From NCBI GenBank assembly GCA_963709505.1, contig CAVPXC010000012.1, forward strand, positions 93,356 to 157,355: 64,000 bases of DNA, read 5' to 3'. Positions 55,764-64,000 of the stretch are shown here, one piece after another. The position numbers and the translations under genes were made by a program. The stretch comes from an uncultured Chloroflexia bacterium (GTDB lineage Bacteria > Chloroflexota > Anaerolineae > JAAEKA01). The stretch's first letter is position 1. Every line of letters begins with the position of its first letter. Under the pieces are notes generated by a model, which ran no database searches, was not told the origin of the DNA, and saw only the letters and a list, made by a program, of their open reading frames with translations.

Positions 55764-58700
55764 TCATGAAACGCAGACAGAGCCAAGCAACAGGCCCCCG
55801 AAGTGACGTGCTCTTCGGGGGCCTGTTGCCGCTGCAGAGTATTTACACGTGCCGTCGCCGCGTTGCTCAGCGCGCCGGCCAGTAACGCCAGCAGCGCCAG
55901 CAGTGTTCCGGCCAACGGCAGGGCAGGGACGACGGCAGGAGTTCGCCTGGATACCGCTCAACGTCACAGCGGTCGGCCCGGTGTAGACCACGCTGACCGG
56001 CCCGTGCCGCGTCGCCACGCCGCTGTTGTCGACATCCTCGACCCAGTAGAAGTAAGACGTGCCGGGAACCAGGTCGGTACGGTCGTCCCAGGTGTAGATG
56101 AAGCCGCCGGGGTTGCCCTGCGACTGCGAGGGAATCAGCGTCTCGTTCAACTGCCGATCCGGCCCCCCATCCGACGTGCCGCGGTAGAGGTTGAAGCCGC
56201 GGTTGTTCAGCTCGGTGTTGGTTTCCCAAGTCAGCAGAACGGCATCGCCTTGCTGCACTGCACTGAAGTCGGCCAGGGTTACTGCCAACGGGCTAAAAGT
56301 AAGCTTGTAGTCCTCGGCTTCGCCCGCTGTGGCCGCGCCGAAGGCCGTCGGCGTTGCCTGCGGCCCTGCCGCGCCGCCCTCCGCACCCGCCAGCGGATAG
56401 CTGATGCCCGTGCAGCCGTTGCTGCCGTCGCGCGCAGTCAGGCGGAAGCGGAAACGGTAGGTGTTGGAACCCGCCCCGAGCAGTCCGGTCGGCGCACTGA
56501 ACGTGATGTTGTTGACGCCGTTCACCAGGGGCGCATTCTGGATCACCCGCTCGGAGATACCGCCGTAGCTATCGCCGAAATCGCCGTCCGAGCCCCCAGG
56601 CGCCGCCGGGCCGACGCCCGTGCCGTCCGTGAAGTCCATCCAGGCGTCCAAACAACTGGCGCCCGAAGCCGTCACATTGAACGCGCCCGTGCCGCCTCCC
56701 CAGTTGCCGTTGCCGGCCAACGCCACCCCGTCGTCCGAGACGTTGTCGCCATCCTCGACAAAGCTGGCGTCAGCCGTCCAGCCGGAGCCCAGTCGCAGCG
56801 CGCCGCTGCCCGTGTGCCAGGCGACACCGTAGGAAGCCGCTAGATCGCTGTAATCGGCGGAGGAGGCAATCGAGGCGCCGCAGATTGTCAGACTCCAAGA
56901 TGAGAGGGTACCGGTGTCGCTTATCGCATCGTCCACCACTCGCAGTGTCCACGTGCCGTTTGCCGCCTTGCCATCCAAGCCGCTCAACAGGCCTTCGGGT
57001 TTGAAGCTACCGGTGAAGGGTGCCGTACCCGCCGTGATAGAAGTCGCCGCTTCGTCGTCGAATACGGTGTTCACATAGTTGTCACCGCTGCTGCCGTTGT
57101 CCGTCGACAACTCTACTGCAGTCGTGTCAGGATGCAGAATGTGGATGTCCAGATCCTCATCCCAGGTATGGGTAAGTTGGCCGATGGTGATGTTCACATC
57201 TGTGATGGTTCCACCACCGCTGGGCACATTGACGACGGAGGTCGTCGTGCCAAGCGTGCCGCTAGGGGGCACCGCCTTGGGCACGTCGGTGCTGACGTAG
57301 GTAGTACAGCTCACTGCTGCTGTGCGGAACGCAAAGAGGGTCGAAACGCGGTTCCCGCAGGCATTGACCGCATACACGCGCCAGTAATGCACTGTGTCGG
57401 CGGCCAACGCCGAAGATGTCCAGCTTGTGGAGGTCAATCCGGTCGCCAACGCCACAATGTTCGCAAACGTCGGATCGGTCGCCACCTGGATGTCGTAGCT
57501 GGTCGCGCCTGCCACCGCGCCCCAGGTGAAGGTCGGGTTCGTGGCGCCGCCGGTACTGCCGTTAGCCGGCGCAGTAAGGGCCGGCGCAGCAGCCAGCGGA
57601 GTCGAGACATTCAGCGTGGCACTGGCCTGGTGGGTCAGGCTGCCCGCCGTGCCGGTGACGGTGATGTTGGTCGCGCCTGCGCCTGCGCCGCTGACGGTCA
57701 GCGTGCTGCTGCCCGGCGGGGCGACGGGGTTGGGGCTGAAGGATGCGGTGGGACCAGTCGGGCTAAGGGCCGCACTCAGGCTAACGGCGCTGCTGAACCC
57801 ACCGACGCTCCCGACCGTCACGTTCACCGTGGCGTTGCTGCCCTGGCAGATGGTCTGGTTGGCCGGCGCGGCAGCGATGGTGAAATCAGACACGTTGCAC
57901 GATGGGAACTTGAAGGTGCCGATGCGCGTATACCAGTTATATGCGCCGCTGGTCTGCGCGTACTCCTGGGTGTACCAAAAGGTGCAGTCGTCGGAGGGGT
58001 CGACTTGCATGGCGCTGTAATCGCCCCAGCGGTTATTGGAGTCGTTTTGGTAGCCGCCACCCGTGACGAGGGTGGCCTCGTTCTGGGGCAGGGTGCCTAG
58101 CGTGTCGGCCGCCAAACGGCCGACGTACCGGATGCTGGGGTAGAGACTGACGTTGTCGGTGATGCTGTAGCCCAACGCCATGTTGCCGGCGCCGTCCATG
58201 GCAATGCTGCCCATCCAGCGGCTGGTCGAGGTGGTGTCGGCCGGCCCGTAGACCCCCTGCTGGTTGATCGCCCAGGCGCTGCCGGTGTTGCGCAGCTCGA
58301 ACCAGTGGATGCCAGCCCGGCCGGCCGGGCTGTTGGTATCCACGGTGTGGTTACTGACCAGCGTCTGGTAGCTGCCGAAGTTGCGGTACTGGAGACGGTG
58401 CATCAGCCGGTCGGCGAGATCATCCAGCATCACGCTCGTCCCCGGCTGGTCGATGCAGGCGGGTGAAGCGGCGCACAGGGTGGGGTCGACGTTCGTCGTG
58501 TTGAGCGTATAGGTCGGCACGAAAGGCGAACCGGCAGTCCCGAAATAGGAGTTGGCCGGCGCCGTCCAGTCGACGTGGAAATTCCAGATGCGCAGCGCGT
58601 CGCTGGGTCCAATATTGGCCGAGTCGTCCCACTCAGCGAAGAGACTAGGCGCGCCGCTTGGCGGCTGGGTTGCCCCCTCCCAGTCAGCCGGCAGCATCCC

Positions 58701-59684
58701 GCCATAGGCGGAGTTGTAGGAGTAACCGTTGAAGTACTGAACTGACGCCGCGGCGCCGGTCAACATTGCGGAGCGTTGGAAAGCGGCCACGCCCGCGCCA
58801 CGCCACGCCGTCCCGGCATCGTTGAACTGATTGACCGAAAGATAGTAGCCATCGGGCCACAGCCCAATTTTAGGATAGTCCGGGAAATAAGTATTGGGCC
58901 AGGTGTAGGAGTAACGGTACCAGCTCCCCGTCGGGTCGCCAGTCTGCGACACCGCGATACAGATCAGGTCCGAGCTCCCGTCGCCGACGGCGCCAAGGGC
59001 GAACTGCATCATGACCCAGCGGTCCGCCAGGTGATCGTAGAGCGTGACCGGGTCGCCGTCGTTATAGTCCTGGCACTTGCCGCCGAAGCCGCTCCACAGG
59101 GTGTTGCCGAGGGCCGGTCCGTAGAGCGACGTGCCGGTCTTGGTCCAGATCTGGAAGCGAACGTTGACCCACTGAATCTGATGGTCGGGTCCGACATCGC
59201 CTTGGGTGTCTGGTGGACGTACGGTATAGCCCACGTTGTTGATTCCAGCCCAGTTCTGGATCGGCAACGGCATGGCTGCCGGCCCATGCCAGTCCTGGTA
59301 CGAGGAATCGATCCCGCTGAAGCTGCCCTCCTTTTCATGGCCCGGCAGCAGCCCGAGTTCCCTGAACCGAATGAGGGTCGGGTCCGCCGGCGGAGCAGCA
59401 ATGGGCTCAATGTCGCGCAAGGGCGGCGAGACATCCATGTGGTCTGGCTGGATCACGACCACCCCGTCGGCCGCCGGCTTCACATCCGCCTCCTGGTTGA
59501 CCCTGCTCAGCCCTGCCGATGCGCCCGCCACGCTGAGTTGCCCGGCCTTCTGTCCGATGGCCGTTCGGCCGGCCGCACCTGACTGGGATACGCCGGGATG
59601 CATAGCGCCAGGCGGCGCAAAGGCCGCCAGGCCGATCCCTAACACCACCAAAGCGCCTACCAGACGATTCCAATGTGGTTTCAT
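55764..59684 (-). CDS. large secreted protein (about 1300 aa): signal peptide, ~700-aa N-terminal region of unknown fold, proprotein-convertase P-domain-like module, FN3 domain and the conserved C-terminal anchor module. The extreme C-terminus is apparently frameshifted near 55940.
   Basis: Signal peptide MKPHWNRLVGALVVLGIGLAAFA with a GGAGA ribosome-binding site. P-domain-like DLDIHILHPDTTAVELSTDNGSSGDNY...GTWTLRVVDDAISDTGTLSSWSLTICG. FN3 PTFTWGAVAGATSYDIQVATDPTF...VHYWRVYAVN. Module EDYKLTFSPLAVTLADFSAVQQGDAVLLTWETNTELNNRGFNLYRG...YFYWVEDVD...RHGPVSV..PTAVTLSGIQAN. The -1 frame continues TPAVVPALPLAGTLLALLALLAGAL, a hydrophobic anchor. Confidence 0.7.
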   Translation of the reverse strand: MKPHWNRLVGALVVLGIGLAAFAPPGAMHPGVSQSGAAGRTAIGQKAGQLSVAGASAGLSRVNQEADVKPAADGVVVIQPDHMDVSPPLRDIEPIAAPPADPTLIRFRELGLLPGHEKEGSFSGIDSSYQDWHGPAAMPLPIQNWAGINNVGYTVRPPDTQGDVGPDHQIQWVNVRFQIWTKTGTSLYGPALGNTLWSGFGGKCQDYNDGDPVTLYDHLADRWVMMQFALGAVGDGSSDLICIAVSQTGDPTGSWYRYSYTWPNTYFPDYPKIGLWPDGYYLSVNQFNDAGTAWRGAGVAAFQRSAMLTGAAASVQYFNGYSYNSAYGGMLPADWEGATQPPSGAPSLFAEWDDSANIGPSDALRIWNFHVDWTAPANSYFGTAGSPFVPTYTLNTTNVDPTLCAASPACIDQPGTSVMLDDLADRLMHRLQYRNFGSYQTLVSNHTVDTNSPAGRAGIHWFELRNTGSAWAINQQGVYGPADTTSTSRWMGSIAMDGAGNMALGYSITDNVSLYPSIRYVGRLAADTLGTLPQNEATLVTGGGYQNDSNNRWGDYSAMQVDPSDDCTFWYTQEYAQTSGAYNWYTRIGTFKFPSCNVSDFTIAAAPANQTICQGSNATVNVTVGSVGGFSSAVSLSAALSPTGPTASFSPNPVAPPGSSTLTVSGAGAGATNITVTGTAGSLTHQASATLNVSTPLAAAPALTAPANGSTGGATNPTFTWGAVAGATSYDIQVATDPTFANIVALATGLTSTSWTSSALAADTVHYWRVYAVNACGNRVSTLFAFRTAAVSCTTYVSTDVPKAVPPSGTLGTTTSVVNVPSGGGTITDVNITIGQLTHTWDEDLDIHILHPDTTAVELSTDNGSSGDNYVNTVFDDEAATSITAGTAPFTGSFKPEGLLSGLDGKAANGTWTLRVVDDAISDTGTLSSWSLTICGASIASSADYSDLAASYGVAWHTGSGALRLGSGWTADASFVEDGDNVSDDGVALAGNGNWGGGTGAFNVTASGASCLDAWMDFTDGTGVGPAAPGGSDGDFGDSYGGISERVIQNAPLVNGVNNITFSAPTGLLGAGSNTYRFRFRLTARDGSNGCTGISYPLAGAEGGAAGPQATPTAFGAATAGEAEDYKLTFSPLAVTLADFSAVQQGDAVLLTWETNTELNNRGFNLYRGTSDGGPDRQLNETLIPSQSQGNPGGFIYTWDDRTDLVPGTSYFYWVEDVDNSGVATRHGPVSVVYTGPTAVTLSGIQANSCRRPCPAVGRNTAGAAGVTGRRAEQRGDGTCKYSAAATGPRRARHFGGLLLGSVCVS
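55781..55817. terminator. 14-bp perfect stem (ACAGGCCCCCGAAG / CTTCGGGGGCCTGT) with a 9-nt loop between the convergent PIN toxin and secreted-protein genes. Candidate bidirectional terminator.
   Basis: Read directly from the sequence. Weak T-tract. Confidence 0.45.
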
Positions 59685-59832
59685 AGGTTGAATTCTCCAG
59701 TTTCTCTGAGCATATGAAGCGAACCGGCCATATGTCCACAGCGCCCATGGAAGCCTGACAAATGCCGCGCCGACCAAGGATGCCAGCAGCGCCCTGCCTG
59801 CTAACCAGGGGATTGACCGTGAAGAACAGAAG

Positions 59833-59857
59833 GCGGGGAGCGACGTCGCTCCCTGCC
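59833..59857. terminator. 18-bp perfect palindrome GGGAGCGACGTCGCTCCC downstream of the 59911..61078 gene
   Basis: Read directly from the sequence. Confidence 0.4.
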
Positions 59858-59910
59858 TCCCACGTGCCAGAAACCGGGCCTTTCCCTACAACCCGGTACG
59901 GAAAGATCGG

Positions 59911-61078
59911 CTATGCGCGGCGACGCAGCCGGCTCAGTCCCAGGGCTATGCCAGCGCTCACAGCGACCCACAGCCACGGCAACCTCACGGTCGCCGCCGG
60001 ACCAGCCTGTATCTCGCTCACCGTCACCGCCGTCGGCACGGTGTAGTCGACGCTCACCGGACCGTGCCTCGTCGCCGCGCCGTAGATGTTGACATCCTCG
60101 ACCCAGTAGAAGTACGACGCGCCAGGAACCAGTTCGGTGCGGTCTTCCCAGGTGTAGATGAAGCCGCCGGCGTTGCCCTGCGACTGCGACGGAATCAACG
60201 TCTCGTTCAACTGCCGGTCCCACCCCGCCGCCGACGTGCCGCGGTAGAGGTTGAAGCCGCGGTTGTTCAACTCGCTGTTGGTTTCCCAAGTTAGCAGGAC
60301 GGCGTCGCTCTGCTGCGTCGCGCTGAAGTCGGCCAGGGCAACGGCTAAGGTGCTGTTGCAGGGCAGAGCGCCAATGGTGCCGCCTCGGATAATGTCTGCC
60401 CCACAGATGGACTGTGTCCCAGGAGGATTGGGTATCTGGGAGACGTCATCCCAGTTTGTTCCTGTGTCATTGAGCGCTGTGAAGTCGCTGCAATCAAGGG
60501 TGTTCGCCCAAGAAATCGCTGCACCTTCGCCGTTGACCTCGCCCGTTTCGGGAACACTCGCGAAGTCGATCTGGGTAGCACCGCACGCCAGATACAGGTC
60601 GGTCCCACTGGAATTTGAGAAGAAGGTAGTGCCATTACTGACAAAGGACATGGTGAATTCACAACCTACGGCGCTGTTTAGCTCTGTGCTTGGAACACCA
60701 GCGGTGTTTCCCCCGCACAGTTGAATGCACGTCTTAGCTGAAATGCTAGAACTAGAGGGGAAGGAGTATGTCCACAAATCGGTGTTTCCTCCAATAGCTG
60801 TATTGCGAAAAGAGCAGCCATTGAGGTCAACGCTCTGCGGCAAGACGGTTGCAAATCTCGACAAATTCGCCGTCGCCGGGGTCGGCGCCGCACGTGTTGG
60901 GATTGTAAAGCAACTGCGAAAAGAAGAGATCGCCGGGTTGGGGCGTCACCGTAGGGGCCTTCGGAGACGCGCCAATTGCCGAGCCAGCCACGAAAAGCAA
61001 CAGCACCGACAGGAGAGGCAACGCCAATGAAGCCGGCTTGACACGGGTCGCGCTTTGTCGAGAGGCGGGCTGGTTCAT
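59911..61078 (-). CDS. secreted lamin-tail-domain (LTD) protein with the conserved C-terminal anchor module, with an apparent frameshift near 60840
   Basis: Signal peptide MNQPASRQSATRVKPASLALPLLSVLLLFVAGSAIGA. LTD start DLFFSQLLYNPNTCGADPGDGEFVEICN in one frame, continuing as SRFATVLPQSVDLNGCSF in another. C-terminus LADFSATQQSDAVLLTWETNSELNNRGFNLYRG...PTAVTVSEIQAGPAATVRLPWLWVAVSAGIALGLSRLRRRA*. Confidence 0.7.
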
Positions 61079-61370
61079 GGTATTCTTCCTTCCAGAGTCT
61101 CCAATAAGCTCGACCGTAAGCAGTGGCTTCCAATTTTCCGTTGCTGGTCGCCAGGTCGTTTTTAGTGCGACCGTTAGCTTGCCAGACACCTGTCTCATAT
61201 CTTGAACGGGGATATCTTCGTTCAGTGGCCTCAGCACGATACATCCACATTCGACATATCACGAAGTTCGGCTTCACACAAACCCACGCATTTTACGGGC
61301 AGCTTGCAGTTACCCCACGCCGCCAACTGGCGCCATTGGGGGTAACTGCGCTAGGCAAGAATGAACAAAG

Positions 61371-61400
61371 CGCCTGATCCTTAGTCGAGGGTCAGGCGCC
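61371..61400 (-). terminator. 11-bp stem hairpin (GCGCCTGATCC / GGGTCAGGCGC) followed on the minus strand by UUUGUUCAUUCUU, about 70 nt downstream of the 61472 stop
   Basis: Read directly from the sequence. Confidence 0.45.
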
Positions 61401-61471
61401 TTCGTTGTGCCACTCTTGGGTGACTTGCGGACACTGGACCAGTCTCCGATGGCTGGACCAGTCGCAGCAAC

Positions 61472-63003
61472 TTACCCGTTCTGGCGTCCCGCACGCCGGA
61501 AGAAGCGGCTAAGGGCCAGGGACAGCCCTGCGACCACTGCCGCCCACAGCCATGGCAACGGCTGTGCTGGCGCGCCGCCGGCCCGCAAGCCACTCAGTGT
61601 CACCGCGGTCGGCACAGTGTAGTTCACACTGACCGGCCCATACATCGTCGCCGCGCCGTTTATGTTGACATCCTCGACCCAGTAGTAGTAGGTCGAATCC
61701 GGCGTCAAATCGGCACGGTCTTCCCAAGTGTAGATGAAGCCGCCGGGGCTGCCTTGCGACTGCGACGGGATCAGCGCCTCGTTCAACTGCCGGTCCGGCG
61801 CGGCCGGTGAGACGCCGCGGTAGAGATTGAAGCCGCGGGTGTTCAGCTCACTATTGGTCTCCCAGGTCAACAGGACAGCGTCGCCCTGCTGGACAGCGCC
61901 AAATTCGGCTAGGGTCACGGCCAGAGGGCTGGCCGCGGAGAGGACGAATTGGGTGTTGGTGGCCGACAAACTCAGATTGCTTAACGTCACCGAACAGTTG
62001 AGCTGCCCCGACACGCACGCGCTGCGGGTGATCCCCACGAGGATCTTCGTCCAGGCACCAGTCCCGATCTTCGCCCAGACCCACAAACTGCTTGGGGTCT
62101 GGCCATTGAGCTCACCAAACGTATAGTAGAAGACGACTGATGACGCCGTGTCAGTAGTGGTTGGGTCAATGGCGTAGCAGCGCTTCACGGAAATCTGCGA
62201 CCCGGCCGCGGTCCAGTCCGAGCACGTCTGGTTACCGCTGATGTTCACGATGGTGCTGCCAAGGTTTGCACTAGCGTCCGTTGTGATGTTCACCCCGTAG
62301 TATTTGTTGGTGGAGATATTCAGGAAATTGTACAAGGTGTTGTTGGACGACAGCGTCTGGGTCTGTCGCAGAGCGCCGTTGTTCGTCACCGTGCCACCCA
62401 CGGTAAGAGCGAACGTATTGAGGTCGAGCGTGGCTGCGCTGCTCACGGACAGGTTCCCGGCCACGTCCGTCGCACGACTGAGATCCGTAGTACCGCCACT
62501 AACAATCAGGTTGTTGAAAGTGTCAAAAGCAGTATTGTTCGGTAAGGTGTTATTGGCGGTGGAGCTGCTACAGTGCCACTACCTTGGGTCCAAGTGCCAA
62601 TATTGGTGGCGGTAAAACTCCCAGCTTTCAAGGTTCCACCGCTTGTCATGTTAATGCTACCGGTCCTGGAACCATTTCCAAACGTTATCGCTCCAGAGAC
62701 CGTCACCTGAGAACCGGAGTTGAACGCGAGGATACCGCTGCCGGAGGCAGGCGTCGTGCCGCCTAGTTGGATGCTTGCGCAAACTGCATTTGAAACGTTA
62801 AGGGTTACGGTGGCCCCATTTTGGATCGTTACCGTGTCGCCAGCAACCGGCACATTGCCGCATGACCAGGTACCAGCGGTCCCCCAGTTACCGTTTGTCG
62901 TTGCCACACAACTGGCTGCCGCCGCGTGTTGTGGCGCGGCCACGAGGGCAAAACCCGCGACCAAAAGCGCCCCGAACACCATCAAGAACCATTTGGGTTT
63001 CAT
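61472..63003 (-). CDS. secreted beta-helix-like protein with the conserved C-terminal anchor module, with an apparent frameshift near 62560
   Basis: Signal peptide MKPKWFLMVFGALLVAGFALVAAP with a GGAAGGGA ribosome-binding site. The N-terminal ORF 62506..63096 ends at a stop and the downstream frame continues open (SSTANNTLPNNTAFDTFNNLIVSGGTTDLSRATDVAGNLSV...). C-terminus LAVTLAEFGAVQQGDAVLLTWETNSELNTRGFNLYRG...PTAVTLSGLRAGGAPAQPLPWLWAAVVAGLSLALSRFFRRAGRQNG*. Confidence 0.7.
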
Positions 63004-63092
63004 CGTTTCCCTTCCTTCCGCATGCTGAGTTGAGTGATTTCTCCTCAGTCGCATGGCTGGAACTGGCCCCACCATGCCCTTTACGCCTGAAG

Positions 63093-64000
63093 TCATAAGA
63101 TCCCTTGTTCACGTTTCATGCATTCTTCCTTTGCCCCAGGCTGGAACACGCCGACGATGGGGCCATCGGGGAGCGTTTGCTGCGGGCCGACCGCCAGCGT
63201 GGCAACCAGCAAGCACAACACCGGGCCTTTCGCAACAAGCCCGGTGTCGCCCACTTGCCACATCCTCTCACGCTGGTTCCGTGATATCGGCGCTGCACTG
63301 GTCGCACGCAGACTGGGCCAGTCTGGAGTATTACCGCGCCGTCGCAAGCGCCCGAGACCCACGGCTACTCCAGCGCCCACGGCCAACGCCAGCCAGGGCA
63401 GCGCACTGGCGGCTGCCGGGGTGGCGCTAATGCCGCTCAACGTCACCGCAGTCGGCGCCCCGAACGTCGCGCTCACCGGCCCGTGACGAGTTACCACGCC
63501 GTTGAGATCCACGTCCTCGATCCAGTAGTAGTAGGTCGAACCCGGCGTCAAGTCGGCACGGTCTTCCTAGGTGTAGGTGAAACCACCGGGGTTGCCCTGC
63601 GACTGCGACGGAATCAGCGTCTCGTTCAACTGCCGATCCGGCCCGGCTGGCGCCGTCCCGCGCCACAGGTTGAAGCCTCGGTTGTTCAGCTCGCTGTTAG
63701 TCTCCCAAGTCACCAAGACGTGGTCAGTGCGCGCCTCAGCTTGGAACATGGCGAGTGTCACAGCAAGCGGTCTGAAGTCCCAACGATAGTCCTCGACCTC
63801 ACCACCCTTCGACTGACCAACACCATTCGCGGCTCGCCCGTCGAACGCCAGTTGCGGTGTAAGAGGAACTTCGTCCGTGGGAAAGAGCCGAAAACGGCCA
63901 TAAAGCGTTCTATTGCCATCCGGTGGGAAGGTGCCAGCCGGAACATTGAAGGTAAAAACCTGGTTCAGCCCTGGGCCTACAGGCTGGTTGATGATCGCAT
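63093..64000 (-). pseudogene. fourth member of the secreted-protein family (5' end outside the window). The conserved module carries an in-frame TAG replacing a conserved Trp codon, and the C-terminus extends ~70 aa past the RRR tail.
   Basis: The frame reads ...EVEDYRWDFRPLAVTLAMFQAEARTDHVLVTWETNSELNNRGFNLWRG...GGFTYT*EDRADLTPGSTYYYWIEDVD...RHGPVSATFGAPTAVTLSGISATPAAASALPWLALAVGAGVAVGLGRLRRRG.... The paralogs have W at the * position (TGG to TAG, plus-strand cta at 63566..63568). Confidence 0.55.

Noticed and set aside
55764-64000. Known C-terminal sorting motifs (LPXTG, PEP-CTERM, GlyGly-CTERM, PGF-CTERM) in the secreted-protein family
   Set aside because: I inspected the tails. None of these motifs precedes the hydrophobic segment, so the signal, if real, is of a different type.
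1-64000. tRNA, rRNA or other structured RNA genes
   Set aside because: No cloverleaf-like segments with conserved TΨC/D-loop features were seen and no rRNA-like low-GC stretches. The only extensive secondary structure is in the repeat hairpins.

Overview
This is a high-GC (~62%) bacterial chromosomal segment. The gene content (CSLREA/beta-helix and lamin-tail secreted proteins, SARP and cyclase regulators with AAA and TPR domains, many NTF2/ester-cyclase paralogs) suggests a Chloroflexota-like organism. That attribution is an inference with low confidence. The window divides into four parts. (1) 0-12 kb, minus strand: a signalling neighbourhood. It holds an MFS/ATP-grasp/SET/HAMP-sensor operon, a second Cache-HAMP-GAF sensor, a partner-switching set (STAS, RsbW-like kinase, REC-PP2C phosphatase), a second STAS gene, a dual-specificity phosphatase and a broken glgX. 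(2) 12-28 kb: an accessory redox region dominated by a tandem array of at least 13 NTF2-fold (SnoaL-like ester cyclase) domains in 11 genes. It also carries VOC, DJ-1/PfpI x2, GMC oxidoreductase and a ThDP enzyme. Nearly every intergenic gap in this part contains a hairpin built from tandem heptamer repeats. (3) 28-45 kb: a SARP-AAA regulator, a giant ~2300-aa secreted CSLREA/beta-helix/cadherin/PPC/peptidase-like protein split by a DSWSP 15-nt coding tandem repeat, a DUF3307 protein, a double class-III nucleotide cyclase with AAA and TPR domains followed by a cNMP-binding protein, and LtrA and TMEM175-like membrane proteins. The 45-55 kb stretch is a second accessory redox region with Rrf2, NmrA, F420-type reductase, DinB, GNAT, AKR, SDR x2, MsrB, CDGSH, PIG-L deacetylase and Phd/PIN. 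(4) 55.7-64 kb, minus strand: four tandem genes for secreted proteins. They share a highly conserved ~120-aa C-terminal module ending in a hydrophobic anchor and an Arg-rich tail, which is a candidate novel sorting signal. Two candidate undescribed systems stand out. The first is a ~45-aa C-terminal helical module (consensus ELKIEIDE..QV.EI.DTEYFQ.L) shared by two membrane sensors and the cAMP-binding protein, none of which has another output domain. The second is the conserved C-terminal anchor module of the secreted-protein array. Finally, an unusually large number of genes (at least 16) carry single-base indels or a nonsense codon. This points either to gene decay in accessory regions or to an indel-prone assembly.
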